Source of the DNA: Tubulanus polymorphus
Taxonomy: Eukaryota > Animalia > Nemertea
NCBI RefSeq assembly: GCF_964204645.1
Contig: NC_134028.1
Location: forward strand, 13,439,263-13,503,262
Length of the DNA: 64,000 nt
Direction of reading: 5' to 3'
Part shown: positions 47,867 through 61,098 of the stretch, in pieces
Position numbering within the stretch: the first letter of the stretch is position 1
How the letters are laid out: each line of letters starts with the position of its first letter
The notes under the pieces: model-generated
Database searches by the model: none
What the model was told of the DNA's origin: nothing
What the model saw: only the letters and a program-made list of their open reading frames with translations
Program-made: the position numbers and the translations under genes

Positions 47867-50800
47867 GTTACTAACAAATATGGAGATAAATTAGTTATCC
47901 ACTTACAATATGAAGGATTAAAAGGAAATAAATGTAAATTCAGAACATATTTACCAGATAGATTTCATAGATTATCAAGTGAAGATTTAGAAGAATTATG
48001 TTCTGGTGATTTCTATTTCATATATGAGGGTAAGAATGAAAAAGGGCACCATGAAATAGATTTCGAATAAAATATGTAAAATCAATTTTAATAAAAAAAT
48101 GGATATTAAAATGGAAGCAAATAAGTACTACTGTTCAACATGTAAAATTGATATAGATAAATCTCAAAAAGCAAGACATAATAAAACTAAAACACATTTA
48201 GAGAATAAATTGAAATTAGAATATAAAGATGATATATTAGAAACTAAATTAGATGGAACATACAAATGTGACACATGTAATCAATCATTCAGTGAAAAAT
48301 GATATTATGAATAACATTTAAAATCTAAAAGTCATATTAGAAATATGAATAATGATATTTTAGGTGAACATTATTTTGATAATAATAATAATAAACCGAA
48401 GACAATTAAAAGAATAAAAGATACTCTAAATAATGAGAAATCATATATGGAAAATGTTAGAAATTATATTAATTCATTAGATAATAAAAAGGAAATAGAA
48501 ATAACCGAAGCATTCAAAAGTGATATTGGTCCAGCAGTTATCGAGTTTAAATTTCATAAAGGAAAAACATTAGAAGAAAATAAAAAACATTTAGAAAATA
48601 TGAAAAATATTATAAAAATAATAAAAGATGTTGAAAACCTTAAAATTAGTATATCTTCTAAAGTTAAATTTATAAAATCTGAAGATAAACCAATATATAA
48701 TATAAATTCTCATTCACAAAATATTATTTCAAAACAACATATAGATGATAAATTAGATAAATGTTATAATGAAGTAAAAACTAAAATAGAAGAGAAAGAT
48801 TTTGAAGGATCTGGTTTAATATTTGATGAAATAATATTAATGACTTTACATGTTTATACCACAAAATATAATAAGTTAACTAAATCAAAACCAATTGATG
48901 AAAATAATTTATCATATTATGAAGATGATAGTATAAATGGATCAAGTTATATCAAACTACCATTTAAAACAAATGCTGTTATAAATGTACAAAATTTTGA
49001 TGATAAATGTTTTCTATGGACAATTATAAGTTGCTTACATCCAACAAAAGATATTACACATACTTTTAGATTAACCAATTATAAACCATTTGACAATAAT
49101 TATAAGATAGATAATTACCTTTATACCTATCAAAATATTATGATTCAAATGATGTAATAGATATATCATATTATGAGAATCATTATATGTGGATTAAACA
49201 AATCGATTTATTTTTTAGAAGAGAAAATAACCACAATAAAATATATCTACGTAGAAAATGTTTACATATATTCAGTAATGAAAGTACATTATTAAATAAT
49301 AAACAATTATGTGAAAATCATGATTATTGTAAAATAGTTTTACCAAATGAAAAGGATAAAATATTAGAATTCAAAAAATATGATTACAAGAATAAAGTAC
49401 CATTTGTTATATATAGAGATTTTGAATCATTAAATAAAGAATTAACTAATCAAGATGGAACAGAAATTTATCATAAAAGAAAGAAATTAAATTCTAATAA
49501 AAATGATATAATTGATTATTCAAAATCCTCTAATAACAAATACTATTAAAAAGATTCATCAATCAGCTGCAGCTTTTGGATTATATATTAAATCTGATTA
49601 TCCAGAACTAATCAAAAGTGAGTATAATTATTACAGAAATGAAAATGTTATCAATCATTTTTGTGACTTATTAATTGAGTATGAAATAAAATTTAGTAAA
49701 CTATTAGATACAAATATAGAAATTATAATGAGAGAAGAAGATAAAGAAGCATTTGAGTTTGCAGATAAATGTTATTATTGTGAAAAGATATTTAATCTAA
49801 AAGACAAAAAAGTAAGAGACCATGATCATTTGAATGGAAAGTTTAGAGGTGCAGCGCATGAGAATTGTAACTTACAAGCTAAGAAAATTAACTTTGTTCC
49901 AGTAATATTTAATAATTTATCAGGATATGACGCACATTTATTTATCAAACAGCTATGTCATAAAATAGAAAGATTAAATTCAAATAGATTAAAAAATAAA
50001 ATACCAACTTATAAATTTAAAATGTTAGCTAAAACATCTGAGAATTATATATCATTCCAATTTGGGTGTCTAAGATTTATAGATTCATATAGATTTTTAG
50101 GTAGTTCATTAGATAACTTATCAAAATCATTAGTTGATGATGAATTAAGAATATTAAAACAACACTATCCAAATAATGATGATTTTCAATTAATGAGATA
50201 TAAAGGCGCAATACCATATTCATTTTATAAATCACATAATGATTTCAACATTACTGAATTATTAAAAGAACAATTCTATGATGAATTAAAAAATGAATAT
50301 GTTAAAGATGAAGTATATAATAGAACATTGAATATTTGGAATCATTTTGGAATGAAAAATCATGGACAATTAGTAGATTTATATTTAAAATCAGATGTAT
50401 TATTATTATCGGATATATTCGAAAGGTTTAGAGATGTAAATTGTAGCATGATAGCAACAGAATAGTCGCAGTGCTAATTGTAAGATGTTATTCATCACCA
50501 GGATTAACTTGGGATTGTGGTTTAAAATTTACAGATATAAAAATGGATTTGTTTACAAATATAGATCAAGTATTATTATTTGAAAAATCTATAAGAGGAG
50601 GAGTTTCAGGTGTATTAGGTGATATATATTTCAATGTAAATGATAATCCTGGATATAAGTTATTATATATAGATGCAAATAATCTATATGGTTGGGCAAT
50701 GATGGAACCACAACCTTATGGATTATTTGAAATAAGTGAAGTTTTACAACATGAAAATAATGATAAATTCGATTGGAAGAAAAGAATCCTAGATATTGCA

Positions 50801-51510
50801 GATGATTCAGATACTGGTTACTCCTTTGTTGTAGACTTGGAATATCCTGAACATATCAAATTTAAATCTAGAAATCTAGCATACTGTCCAGAACATAAAA
50901 CTGTGACACATAATGAATTATCAAATTATCAAAAAAGAATTAAACCCGAAAATCATATTCATACAGAAAAGTTAATGCTAACTCAGGAAGATAAATATAA
51001 TTATGTAGTACATTATAGAATGTTAAAGTTTTATCTAAAACAAGGAATGATCCTTAAAAAAAGTACATAGATATATTTCATTTAGTCAATCTAAATGGTT
51101 AGAAAAATATATAGATTTCAACACCAAATAGAGAACTAAAGCTAAAACTGATTTCGAAAAAGATTTCTTCAAGTTAATGAATAATGCATTCTATGGAAAA
51201 ACTTGTGAAAATATAAGAAATAGAAATGATATTGAGTTAGTCAGTAATGGTAAAAGAATTATACATTTACAAACATATCCTAAATTTATGGGTAACAGAA
51301 TATCTGATGAAAATTTAGCTGCAGTTAAAAGGAGGAGAACTTCTATGAAATTTAATAAACCAATTTATGTTGGAGCTACAGTTTTAGAATTATCAAAGTT
51401 ATTAATGTATGAATTCTATTATAACATATTACAACCTCATTTTGGAGAAAAACATATAGAAATCTTATATTTTGATACTGACAGTTACATATTAAAGATA
51501 ATAAAGTGAT
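47867..51510 (+). mobile_element. Polinton copy D fragment
   Basis: The 3' half of the small KYG gene (cut by the LTR), followed by pPolB truncated after motif C. Confidence 0.88.
48111..51509 (+). pseudogene. polB: pPolB, copy D, intein-free, fragmented
   Basis: N-terminal Zn fingers, EGSG...GSSYIKLP...INVQNFDDKCFLW, VRDHDH, NLSGYDAH, YIDANNLYGWAM, MNNAFYGK and YFDTDS. Confidence 0.92.
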
Positions 51511-52889
51511 TACACCCTATTACAATGATTAGAGAACACAAAAGGCAACGCAGAAGAGTAATTATTAGGCCAGCCGTAGGCTGAGCCTATTACTATACAA
51601 ATGGAGCGAATTTAAATGACATGGTTTCCACACAAAAGGCTCTTTTGCTTGCCAAGTGAGGGCATATTCGAACAAATCACGTATTTAAGCGTAATCCATT
51701 CTCGGAATCGTAGCGAGCAGAATTTTGAAATAGGGTCTCATAAAAATGTTTTCTGCATTTTTCACGAAAGTTAAATCGGGAAAATTTCAATTTTTATCAG
51801 CCAATCAGGAAGTTGTGTCTTCCCTGTGATTGGTTTATCTGAAAATATCAGCAGCTGTTCACGTGAATAATCGCGATTTCATTACTGGCGCTTTTGCGCA
51901 TGACGTCATGTATCAACACGCGACAATACTTCCGCGTTCGCTACGTGTTCGCTGATTGGCCCATTTACTGGGAAATTCCACAGAAGCCTAATGTGGTTTG
52001 TTACAAGCGCTGTGATTGGCCCGACCCGATTCTGGCATGGCTTTAGCTTAGTGGGTTCGAATCCCTTGACGGGTGAAGATGATGGATCCTATCAATATCT
52101 ATTGAAACAAATAAGTTTCCCGGTTGGGCAGCCGCGGATATCTACCGGAAGTGTTCCGGTTCGATATTTCGAGGTTTCTTTGAATTTTGGAGTGATATTG
52201 AAGTCCGGTAAATACCAGCGGTAGATTGTGAAAACCCATTGCATGATATTTGTATTACTTAATCAACGAAAAGCGTCGGGGCCGCGCCAGGAGTTTTCGT
52301 GATTCAAGTAGCGCAATAGCCTACTTCTTCGTGTTCGTCCACCTCAATTTTCACTCCGCCGATCTCTGACACGGCTCTGTCCCCGTCGGCGCTGTGATTG
52401 CACTTTCGTACCACCAAAATTTTTTATTTCTATATCAGGGAGGTTTGGAGAATAAAAAAGTCAAAATTTGGATATCACATAGACCTGATTTCATCGAATA
52501 AGTCGACCATGGTCGTTATGTTTCCGTACTTATTACCACCTAAAACCGTCTGAACAATTTTGTCACAACCAACATTTCGTTTACAGAAATCAGGTGTTCA
52601 CGTGAATCCGCGGTATCGTCTACTGTTTTACTTCCGGGTTTTATTTTAAGATTTAAAATTGTATTTCAAGAACGATTTCAATGAAGCCTTTAGTTGATTT
52701 GGTGTTTGGGAGGAATTTTTATTTGCTCTACAGAAAATTCATCCTTGACAATTGCGCAAGGTTCGCGAAAAAAAGGTTTTACCAAATCGGGTGTATGACC
52801 TTGATATGCTAATTAGCCATGTGCCCGAATTGCAAATTCAATCAAATTTTATTCTGCCAAAAAATGTTAAATACAATTCGCTTTCCGAG

Positions 52890-53000
52890 AGTTAATGGTA
52901 TGCTGCATGGAACAAAGTTGTTTTGAGATGGGTCTTGAAGCTATTGAGGTCGAGAGATAACCATCTAGATAGTTCGTGAGAGTTCCAAAGTTTTGAAGAC
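52890..53000 (-). mobile_element. LINE 3'-end remnant
   Basis: KLWNS...LNSFKTHLKTTLF is typical of L2/CR1 ORF2 C-termini. Confidence 0.55.
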
Positions 53001-53169
53001 GCTTCAAGGTAATGTCTTGATATTTGTTTTATACGTGTATCTACCCTAGACACATCTTCAGGCCAAAAACTGGCCCTGTCAGATTCAAGATGGCCGACTG
53101 GCAGCCATTGTTGTTCGCCAAAATCAGCACTTTTCACACATTTTTGAAGTTTTCGAGGGAAATTTTGAA

Positions 53170-53802
53170 GACACTTTTATCAATAACCTTGATCATTCGT
53201 ATATATTTGTATCCCCCGAGGGCCCATCGGCATGAGAAAAATTAAGTCGATCGGACTCAAGATGGCCGTACTGTGACCTTTTTTGTTCCCAAAAATGTCA
53301 ATTTTGGCCTGAATTCTGAGTACTGTAGCTTTCTAATGGTGCGCCATGTTTCATTGCAATTTGTAATGGGTATTCTTTGGAAAGGGATCTTTTATATCCG
53401 AGAGGGTATTTTTGACCAGGCAATTATGACGCACTTGGCAGCCATCTTGGGGTCATCAGTACTCATTCGTAGGTGGAAAAAAAGTTTTTCCACATCATAA
53501 TTGATACTTAAGCATATTTTGCTACTATAATCAATTGGAAAGTTGTAGCTCATGAACATGTTCTATGATCGAGGTGAGTTTCAAGCTCATTGGTTTTTTT
53601 ATGGCCACCAGGGGGCGTTGAACAATACAATAACTTAATATTTCTATATTACATTCGTTCCTGCTGTCTGTGTTAACACACGATTTTACTATGTAAATGA
53701 TATTGAGCAGGGAGTGTATATTGATAAATATAACCCACAGATTACATCATTTATAAAAAGCAAATCTGACAGGCTGGCCATTGTGCCCCTTGGGGCTCTT
53801 GT
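53170..53802 (-). mobile_element. Non-autonomous interspersed repeat (Helentron/HINE-like)
   Basis: Inverted homolog of 55390-55850; its end reads ACAAGAGCCCCAAGGGGCAC on the minus strand. Confidence 0.5.
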
Positions 53803-54084
53803 AGTACATTAATATTGAGACAAGAGGGGGCGCTTATAGTGGAATTTGAAAGATTGAACAGAGGATTTATTCCTTATATCAAGTGGAATATTGTTCCGAG
53901 TTTTTGGACCTAGGATACTAATAGAGAACGATCGCTTAGTAGTACGAGAAAATGGAACACTCAAATCGTTACGGTTCCTTAATACTCTAGCTTGGTTTGA
54001 GAACCTGAAGTTACAAATATAATTAAAAATATAGCTGCAAAGCAGCGATAACGGGTTTTCTGCACAGTCTTAGAATCCTGTTCA

Positions 54085-54320
54085 ACGGTGGATTTCAACA
54101 AAGCATTTGATAAGGCTCAACATCGGCATTACTAAAGAGGCTATTAGGAAACAGTATCAATGATAGGTCGTTTAAATGGCTCAGCAGTTATCTCTGAACG
54201 GAAACTTGTAACCGAAATCAACGGAACGCCTCATCTTGGAATGAGACGGTCTAACTAGTGGAGTCACGCAAGGTAGTATCCTAAGTCGTCTTCTGTTTAA
54301 TGTCCTGACAAATGACATAC
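54085..54320 (+). pseudogene. Decayed non-LTR RT fragment
   Basis: VDFNKAFDK and SGVTQGSIL can be read. Confidence 0.6.
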
Positions 54321-54404
54321 ACAGTAATCCAAAATAAACCAGACCGAGTAAATTTCCAAAACAACCTTAACACACTGTTCGACCAAAAACTTAATGTTCC
54401 GACA

Positions 54405-54706
54405 AAACCACGGGCGACAAAACCAAAATTATGAATTGTCGCGGGTGACAAAACCAAAATATTGAATTGTCACGGGCGACAAAACAAAAATAATGAATTG
54501 TCGCGGGCGATAAAACCAAAATAATGAATTGTCGCGGGCGATAAAACCACAATAATGAATTGTCGCGGGCGTTAAAACCACAATATTGAATTGTTGCGGG
54601 CGATAAAACCAAAATAATGAATTGTCGCGGACGACAAAAACAAACTATTGAATTGTTGCGTGCGACAAAACCAAAATAATGAATTGTCGCGGGCGACAAA
54701 ACAAAA
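54405..54706 (+). repeat. 31-bp satellite, short block
   Basis: GCGACAAAACCAAAATAATGAATTGTCGCGG units. Confidence 0.92.
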
Positions 54707-55870
54707 CTAGGGGTCCAGGGACACCATGCTCACTTGGGCAGTGGTTTCAAATGCTCAACAATCTAACAATTTCAATACATAACGCCCTCTAGTGACCATA
54801 TACAAAAAACCAATGACCTTGAATCATAGAACATGTGACCTCAATCATAGAACATGTGAGCAGCTATGATTTTGTAATTGATTGTGATAACAAAATATGC
54901 CTCGTTACCAATTTAATATGGAAATACTAAATTATTCTACTATTCAACGCCCCCAGGTGACCATATGCAAAACCCAATGACCTTAAAACTCACCACAATC
55001 GTAGTACATGTCATGAAATACAACTTTGCAATTGATCATAGTAACAAAATATGCCTAGGTACCAATCTAATAAGGAAATACTAAGCCATTCTACTATTCA
55101 GCGCCCCCTGGTGACTATATGGAATAACTAATGTCCTTAAAAACTCACCACAATCATAGACGATGTCATGAACTACAACTTTGCAATGGATCATGGTAAT
55201 AAACTATGCCTAGTTACCAATCTAATAAGGAAAAACTAAGCTTTTCTACTATTAATCGCCCCCTGGTGACTATATGGAATAACTAATGTCCTTAAAAACT
55301 CACCACAATCATAGACGATGTCATGAACTACAACTTTGCCATTGATCATGGTAACAAAATATGCCTTGGTACAAATATAATATAGCGATACTAAGTTATT
55401 GTATTATTCAACGCCCCCTGATGGCCACATACAAAAACCAATGACCTTGAAACTCACCAAAATCATAGAACACGTTATGGGCTACAACTTTCCAATTGAA
55501 TATAGTAACACAATTTGCTTAGGTATCAATAATTTGTGGAAAAACTTTTTCCCACCTACGAATGAGTACTGATGACACCAAGATGGCCGCCAATTGCGTC
55601 ATAATTGGCTGATCAAAAATACCTGTCCCAGGTATAAAACATCCCTCTCTAAAGAATATCCATCAGCAATTGCAATGAGAAATGGCAAACCAGTAGGAAG
55701 CTACAGGACCTAGAATTCTGGCCAAAATTGACATTTTAGGGCACTAAAAAGGTCATAGGACGGCCATCTTGAGTCAGATCGACCCAATTTTCTTATGCTG
55801 ATGGGCCTTTGATAGATTCATATATAAACGAAAGATCAAGGTAATTGATCAAAGCGTCTTAAAGCGTCTT
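54707..55870 (+). mobile_element. HINE-like element with ~155-bp internal tandem repeats, between the two satellite blocks
   Basis: CGCCCCC(TGGTGAC) units at ~54783, 54948, 55102, 55257 and 55412. The 3' part is homologous to 53170-53660 in inverted orientation. Confidence 0.6.
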
Positions 55871-55874
55871 TCTT

Positions 55875-58800
55875 CGGGCGACAAAACCAAAATAATGAAT
55901 TGTCGCGGGTGCCCAAAAACAAAATATAAAACCAAAATAATGAATTGTCGCGGGCGTCGAAACCAAAAGAAGAATTGTCGCGGGCGACAAAACCAAAATA
56001 ATGAATTGTCGCTGGAGATAAAACCAAAGTAATGAATTGTCGTGGGCGATAAAACCAAAATATTGAATTGTCGCGGGCGACAAAACCTAACTAATGAATT
56101 GTCGCGGGCGACAATGCCAAAAAAAGACTTGTGGGGGCAACAAAACCAAAATAATGAGTTGTCGCGGGCGACAAAACCAAAATGGTGAATTATCCAGGCG
56201 ACAAAACCAAAATAATGAATTGTCGCGTGCGACAAAACCAAAAAGAAGAATTGTAGCGGGCGACAAAACCAAAATAATGAATTGTCGCTGGAGATAAAAC
56301 CAAAGTAATGAATTGTCGCAGGCGACAAAACCAAAATATTGAATTGTCACGGGCTACAAAACCAAAATATGGAATTGTCGCGGGCGACAAAACCAAACTA
56401 ATGAATTGTAGTGGGCGACAAAACCAAAAAAAGAATTGTCGGGGCGACAAAACCAAAATAATGAATTGTCGCGGGCGATAAAACCAAAAAAATGAATTGT
56501 CGCGGATGACGAAACCAAAATGGTGAATTGTCGCGGGCGACAAAACCAAAATGGTGAATTGTCGCGGGCGACAAAACCAAAATAATGAATTGTCGCGGGC
56601 GACAAAACCAAAAAGAAGAATTGTCGCGGGCGACAAAACCAAAGTAGTGAATTGTCGCGGGCGATAAAACCAAAAAATTGAATTTTCGTGGGCGACAAAA
56701 CCAAAATAATGAATTGTCGCGGGCGACAATACCAAAATAATGAATTGTCGCGGGCGACAAAACCAAAAAAAGAATTGTGGGGGCGACAAAACCAAAATAA
56801 TGAATTGTCGCGGGCGACAAAACCAAAATGGTGAATTGTCCAGGCGACAAAAACAAAATGGTGAATTGTGAAACCAAAATAATGAATTGTCGCGGGCGAT
56901 AATACCAAAATATTGAATTGTCGCGGGCGATTAAACCAAAATAATGAATTGTCGTGGGCGACAAAACCAAAATATTGAATTGTCGCAGGCGACAAAACCA
57001 AAAAAAAAATTGTCGCAGGCGACTAAAACAAAATATAAAACCAAAAAAATTAATTGTCGCGGGCGAAAAAACCAAAACGAAGAATTGTCGCGGGCGACAA
57101 AACCAAAATAATGAATTGTCGCTGGCGATAAAACCAAAATATTGAATTGTCGCAGGCGACAAAACGAAAATATTGAATTGTCGCGGGCGACAAAACCAAA
57201 CTAATAAATTGTCGCGGGCGACAAAACCAAAAAAAGAATTGTCGCGGGCGACAAAACCAAAATAATGAATTGTCGCTGGAGATAAAACCAAAATATAGAA
57301 TTGTCGCAGGCGACAAAACGAAAATATTGAATTGTCGCGGGCGACAAAACCAAACTAATAAATTGTCGCGGGCGACAAAACCAAAAAAAGAATTGTCGGG
57401 GCGACAAAACCAAAATAATGAATTGTCGCGGGCGATAAAACCAAAATAATGAATTGTCGCGGGCGATAAAACCAAAATAATGAATTGTCGCGGGTGACAA
57501 AACCAAAATATTGAATTGTCGCTGGCGATAAAAGCAAAGTAGTGAATTGTCGTGGGGGATAAAACAAAAATATTGAATTTTCGCGGGCGACAAAACCAAA
57601 ATATTGAATTGTCGCAGGCGACAAAACCAAAATAATGAATTGTCGCAAGCGACAAAACCAAACTTATGAATTGTCGCAAGCGACAAAACCAAAAAAAGAA
57701 TTGTGGGGGCGACAAAACCAAAATAATGAATTGTCGCTGGCGATAAAAGCAAAGTAGTGAATTGTCGTGGGGGATAAAACAAAAATATTGAATTTTCGCG
57801 GGCGACAAAACCAAAATATTGAATTGTCGCAGGCGACAAAACCAAAATAATGAATTGTCGCAAGCGACAAAACCAAACTTATGAATTGTCGCAAGCGACA
57901 AAACCAAAAAAAGAATTGTGGGGGCGACAAAACCAAAATAATGAATTGTCGCGGGCGACAAAACCAAAATGGTGAATTGTCCAGGCAACAAAACCAAAAT
58001 GGTGAATTGTCGCGGGCGACAAAACCAAAATAATGAATTGTCGCGGGTGATAAAACCAAAAAGATGAATTGTCTCGGGCAACAAAACCAAAATTATGAAT
58101 TGTCGCGGGCGATAAAACCAAAATAATGAATTATCGCCGGCGCTAAAACCAAAATATTGAATTGTCGCGGGCGATTAAACCAAAATAATGAATTGTCGCG
58201 GGCGACAAAACCAAAATATTGAATAGTCGCGGGCGACAAAACCAAAAAAAATATTGTCGCGGGCGACTAAAACCAAATATAAAATCAAAATAATGAATTG
58301 TCGCGGGCTACAAAACCAAAAAGAAGAATTGTGGCGGGCGACAAAACCAAAATAATGAATTGTCGCTGGAGATAAAACCAAAGTAATGAATTGTCGTGGG
58401 CGATTAAACCAAAATATTGAATTGTCGCGGGCGCAAAACCAAAATAATGAATTGTCGCGGGCGACAATACCAAAATAATGAATTGTCGCGGGCGACAAAA
58501 CCAAAAAAAGAATTGTGGGGGCGACAAAACCAAAATAATGAATTGTCGCGGGCGACAAAACCAAAATGGTGAATTGTCCAGGCGACAAATACAAAATGGT
58601 GAATTGTCGCGGGCGACAAAACCAAAATAATGAATTGTCGCGGGCGATAATACCAAAATATTGAATTGTCGCGGGCGATTAAACCAAAATATTGAATTGT
58701 CGCAGGCGACAAAACCAAAAAGAAGAATTGTGGCGGGCGACAAAACCAAAATAATGAATTGTCGCTGGAGATAAAACCAAAGTAATGAATTGTCGTGGGC

Positions 58801-61098
58801 GATTAAACCAAAATATTGAATTGTCGCGGGCGACAAAACCAAAAAGAAGAATTGTCTCGGGCAACAAAACCAAAATTATGAATTGTCGCGGGCGATAAAA
58901 CCAAAATAATGAATTATCGCCGGCGCTAAAACCAAAATATTGAATTGTCGCGGGCGATTAAACCAAAATAATGAATTGTTGCGGGCGACAAAACCAAAAT
59001 ATTGAATAGTCGCGGGCGACAAAACCAAAAAAAATATTGTCGCGGGCGACTAAAACAAAATATAAAACCAAAATAATGAATTGTCGCGGGCTACAAAACC
59101 ACAAAGAAGAATTGTGGCGGGCGACAAAACCAAAATAATGAATTGTCGCTGGAGATAAAACCAAAGTAATGAATTGTCGTGGGCGATTAAACCAAAATAT
59201 TGAATTGTCGCGGGCGACAAAACCAAAATAATGAATTGTCGCGGGCGACAATACCAAAATAATGAATTGTCGCGGGCGACAAAACCAAAAAAAGAATTGT
59301 GGGGGCGACAAAACCAAAATAATGAATTGTCGCGGGCGACAAAACCAAAATGGTGAATTGTCCAGGCGACAAATACAAAATGGTGAATTGTCGCGGGCGA
59401 CAAAACCAAAATAATGAATTGTCGCGAACGATAATACCAAAATATTGAATTGTCGCGGGCGATTAAACCAAAATAATGAATTGTCGCGGGCGACAAAACC
59501 AAAATATTGAATTGTCGCAGGTGACAAAACCAAAAAAAAAATTGTCGCAGGCGACTAAAACAAAATATAAAACCAAAAAATTAATTGTCGCGGGCGAAAA
59601 AACCAAAACGAAGAATTGTCGCGGGCAACAAAACCAAAATAATAAATTGTCGCTGGAGATAAAACCAAAATATTGAATTGTCGCAGGCGACAAAACCAAA
59701 AAGAAGAATTGTGGCGGGCGACAAAACCAAAATAATGAATTGTCGCTGGAGATAAAACCAAAGTAATGAATTGTCGTGGGCGATTAAACCAAAATATTGA
59801 ATTGTCGCGGGCGACAAAACCAAAAAGAAGAATTGTCGCGGGCGACAAAACCAAAGTAGTGAATTGTCGCGGGCGATAAAACCAAAATATTGAATTTTCG
59901 CGGGCGACAAAACCAAAATAATGAATTGTCGCGGGCGACAATACCAAAATAATGAATTGTCGCGGGCGACAAAACCAAAAAAAGAATTGTGGGGGCGACA
60001 AAACCAAAATAATGAATTGTCGCTGGAGATAAAACCAAAGTAATGAATTGTCGTGGGCGATTAAACCAAAATATTGAATTGTCGCGGGCGACAAAACCAA
60101 AAAGAATTGTCGCGGGCGACAAAACCAAAGTAGTGAATTGTCGCGGGCGATAAAACCAAAATATTGAATTTTCGCGGGCGACAAAACCAAAATAATGAAT
60201 TGTCGCGGGCGACAATACCAAAATAATGAATTGTCGCGGGCGACAAAACCAAAAAAAGAATTGTGGGGGCGACAAAACCAAAATAATGAATTGTCGCGGG
60301 CGACAAAACCAAAATGGTGAATTGTCCAGGCGACAAAAACAAAATGGTGAATTGTCGCGGGCGACAAAACCATAATAATGAATTGTCGCGGGCGATAATA
60401 CCAAAATATTGAATTGTCGCGGGCGATAATACCAAAATATTGAATTGTCGCGGGCGATTAAACCAAAATATTGAATTGTCGCAGGCGACAAAACCAAAAA
60501 AAAAATTGTCGCAGGCGACTAAAACAAAATATAAAACCAAAAAAATTAATTGTCGCGGGCGAAAAAACCAAAACGAAGAATTGTCGCGGGCGACAAAACC
60601 AAAATAATGAATTGTCGCTGGAGATAAAACCAAAATATTGAATTGTCGCAGGCGACAAAACGAAAATATTGAATTGTCGCGGGCGATAAAACCAAACTAA
60701 TAAATTGTCGCCGGCGACAAAACCAAAAAAAGAATTGTCGCGGGCGACAAAACCAAAATAATGAATTGTCGCTGGAGATAAAACCAAAATATTGAATTGT
60801 CGCAGGCGACAAAACGAAAATATTGAATTGTCGCGGGCGACAAAACCAAACTAATAAATTGTCGCGGGCGACAAAACCAAAAAAAGAATTGTCGGGGCGA
60901 CAAAACCAAAATAATGAATTGTCGCGGGCGATAAAACCAAAATAATGAATTGTCGCGGGCGATAAAACCAAAATAATGAATTGTCGCGGGTGACAAAACC
61001 AAAATGGTGAATTGTCGCGGGCGACAAAACCAAAATAATGAATTGTCGCTGGCGATAAAACCAAAATAATGAATTGTCGCGGGCGACAAAATCAAAAT
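55875..61098 (+). repeat. 31-bp satellite array (~5.2 kb) with higher-order repeats
   Basis: Continuous 31-bp period; each unit contains the hairpin TTGTCGC-GG-GCGACAA. Confidence 0.97.
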
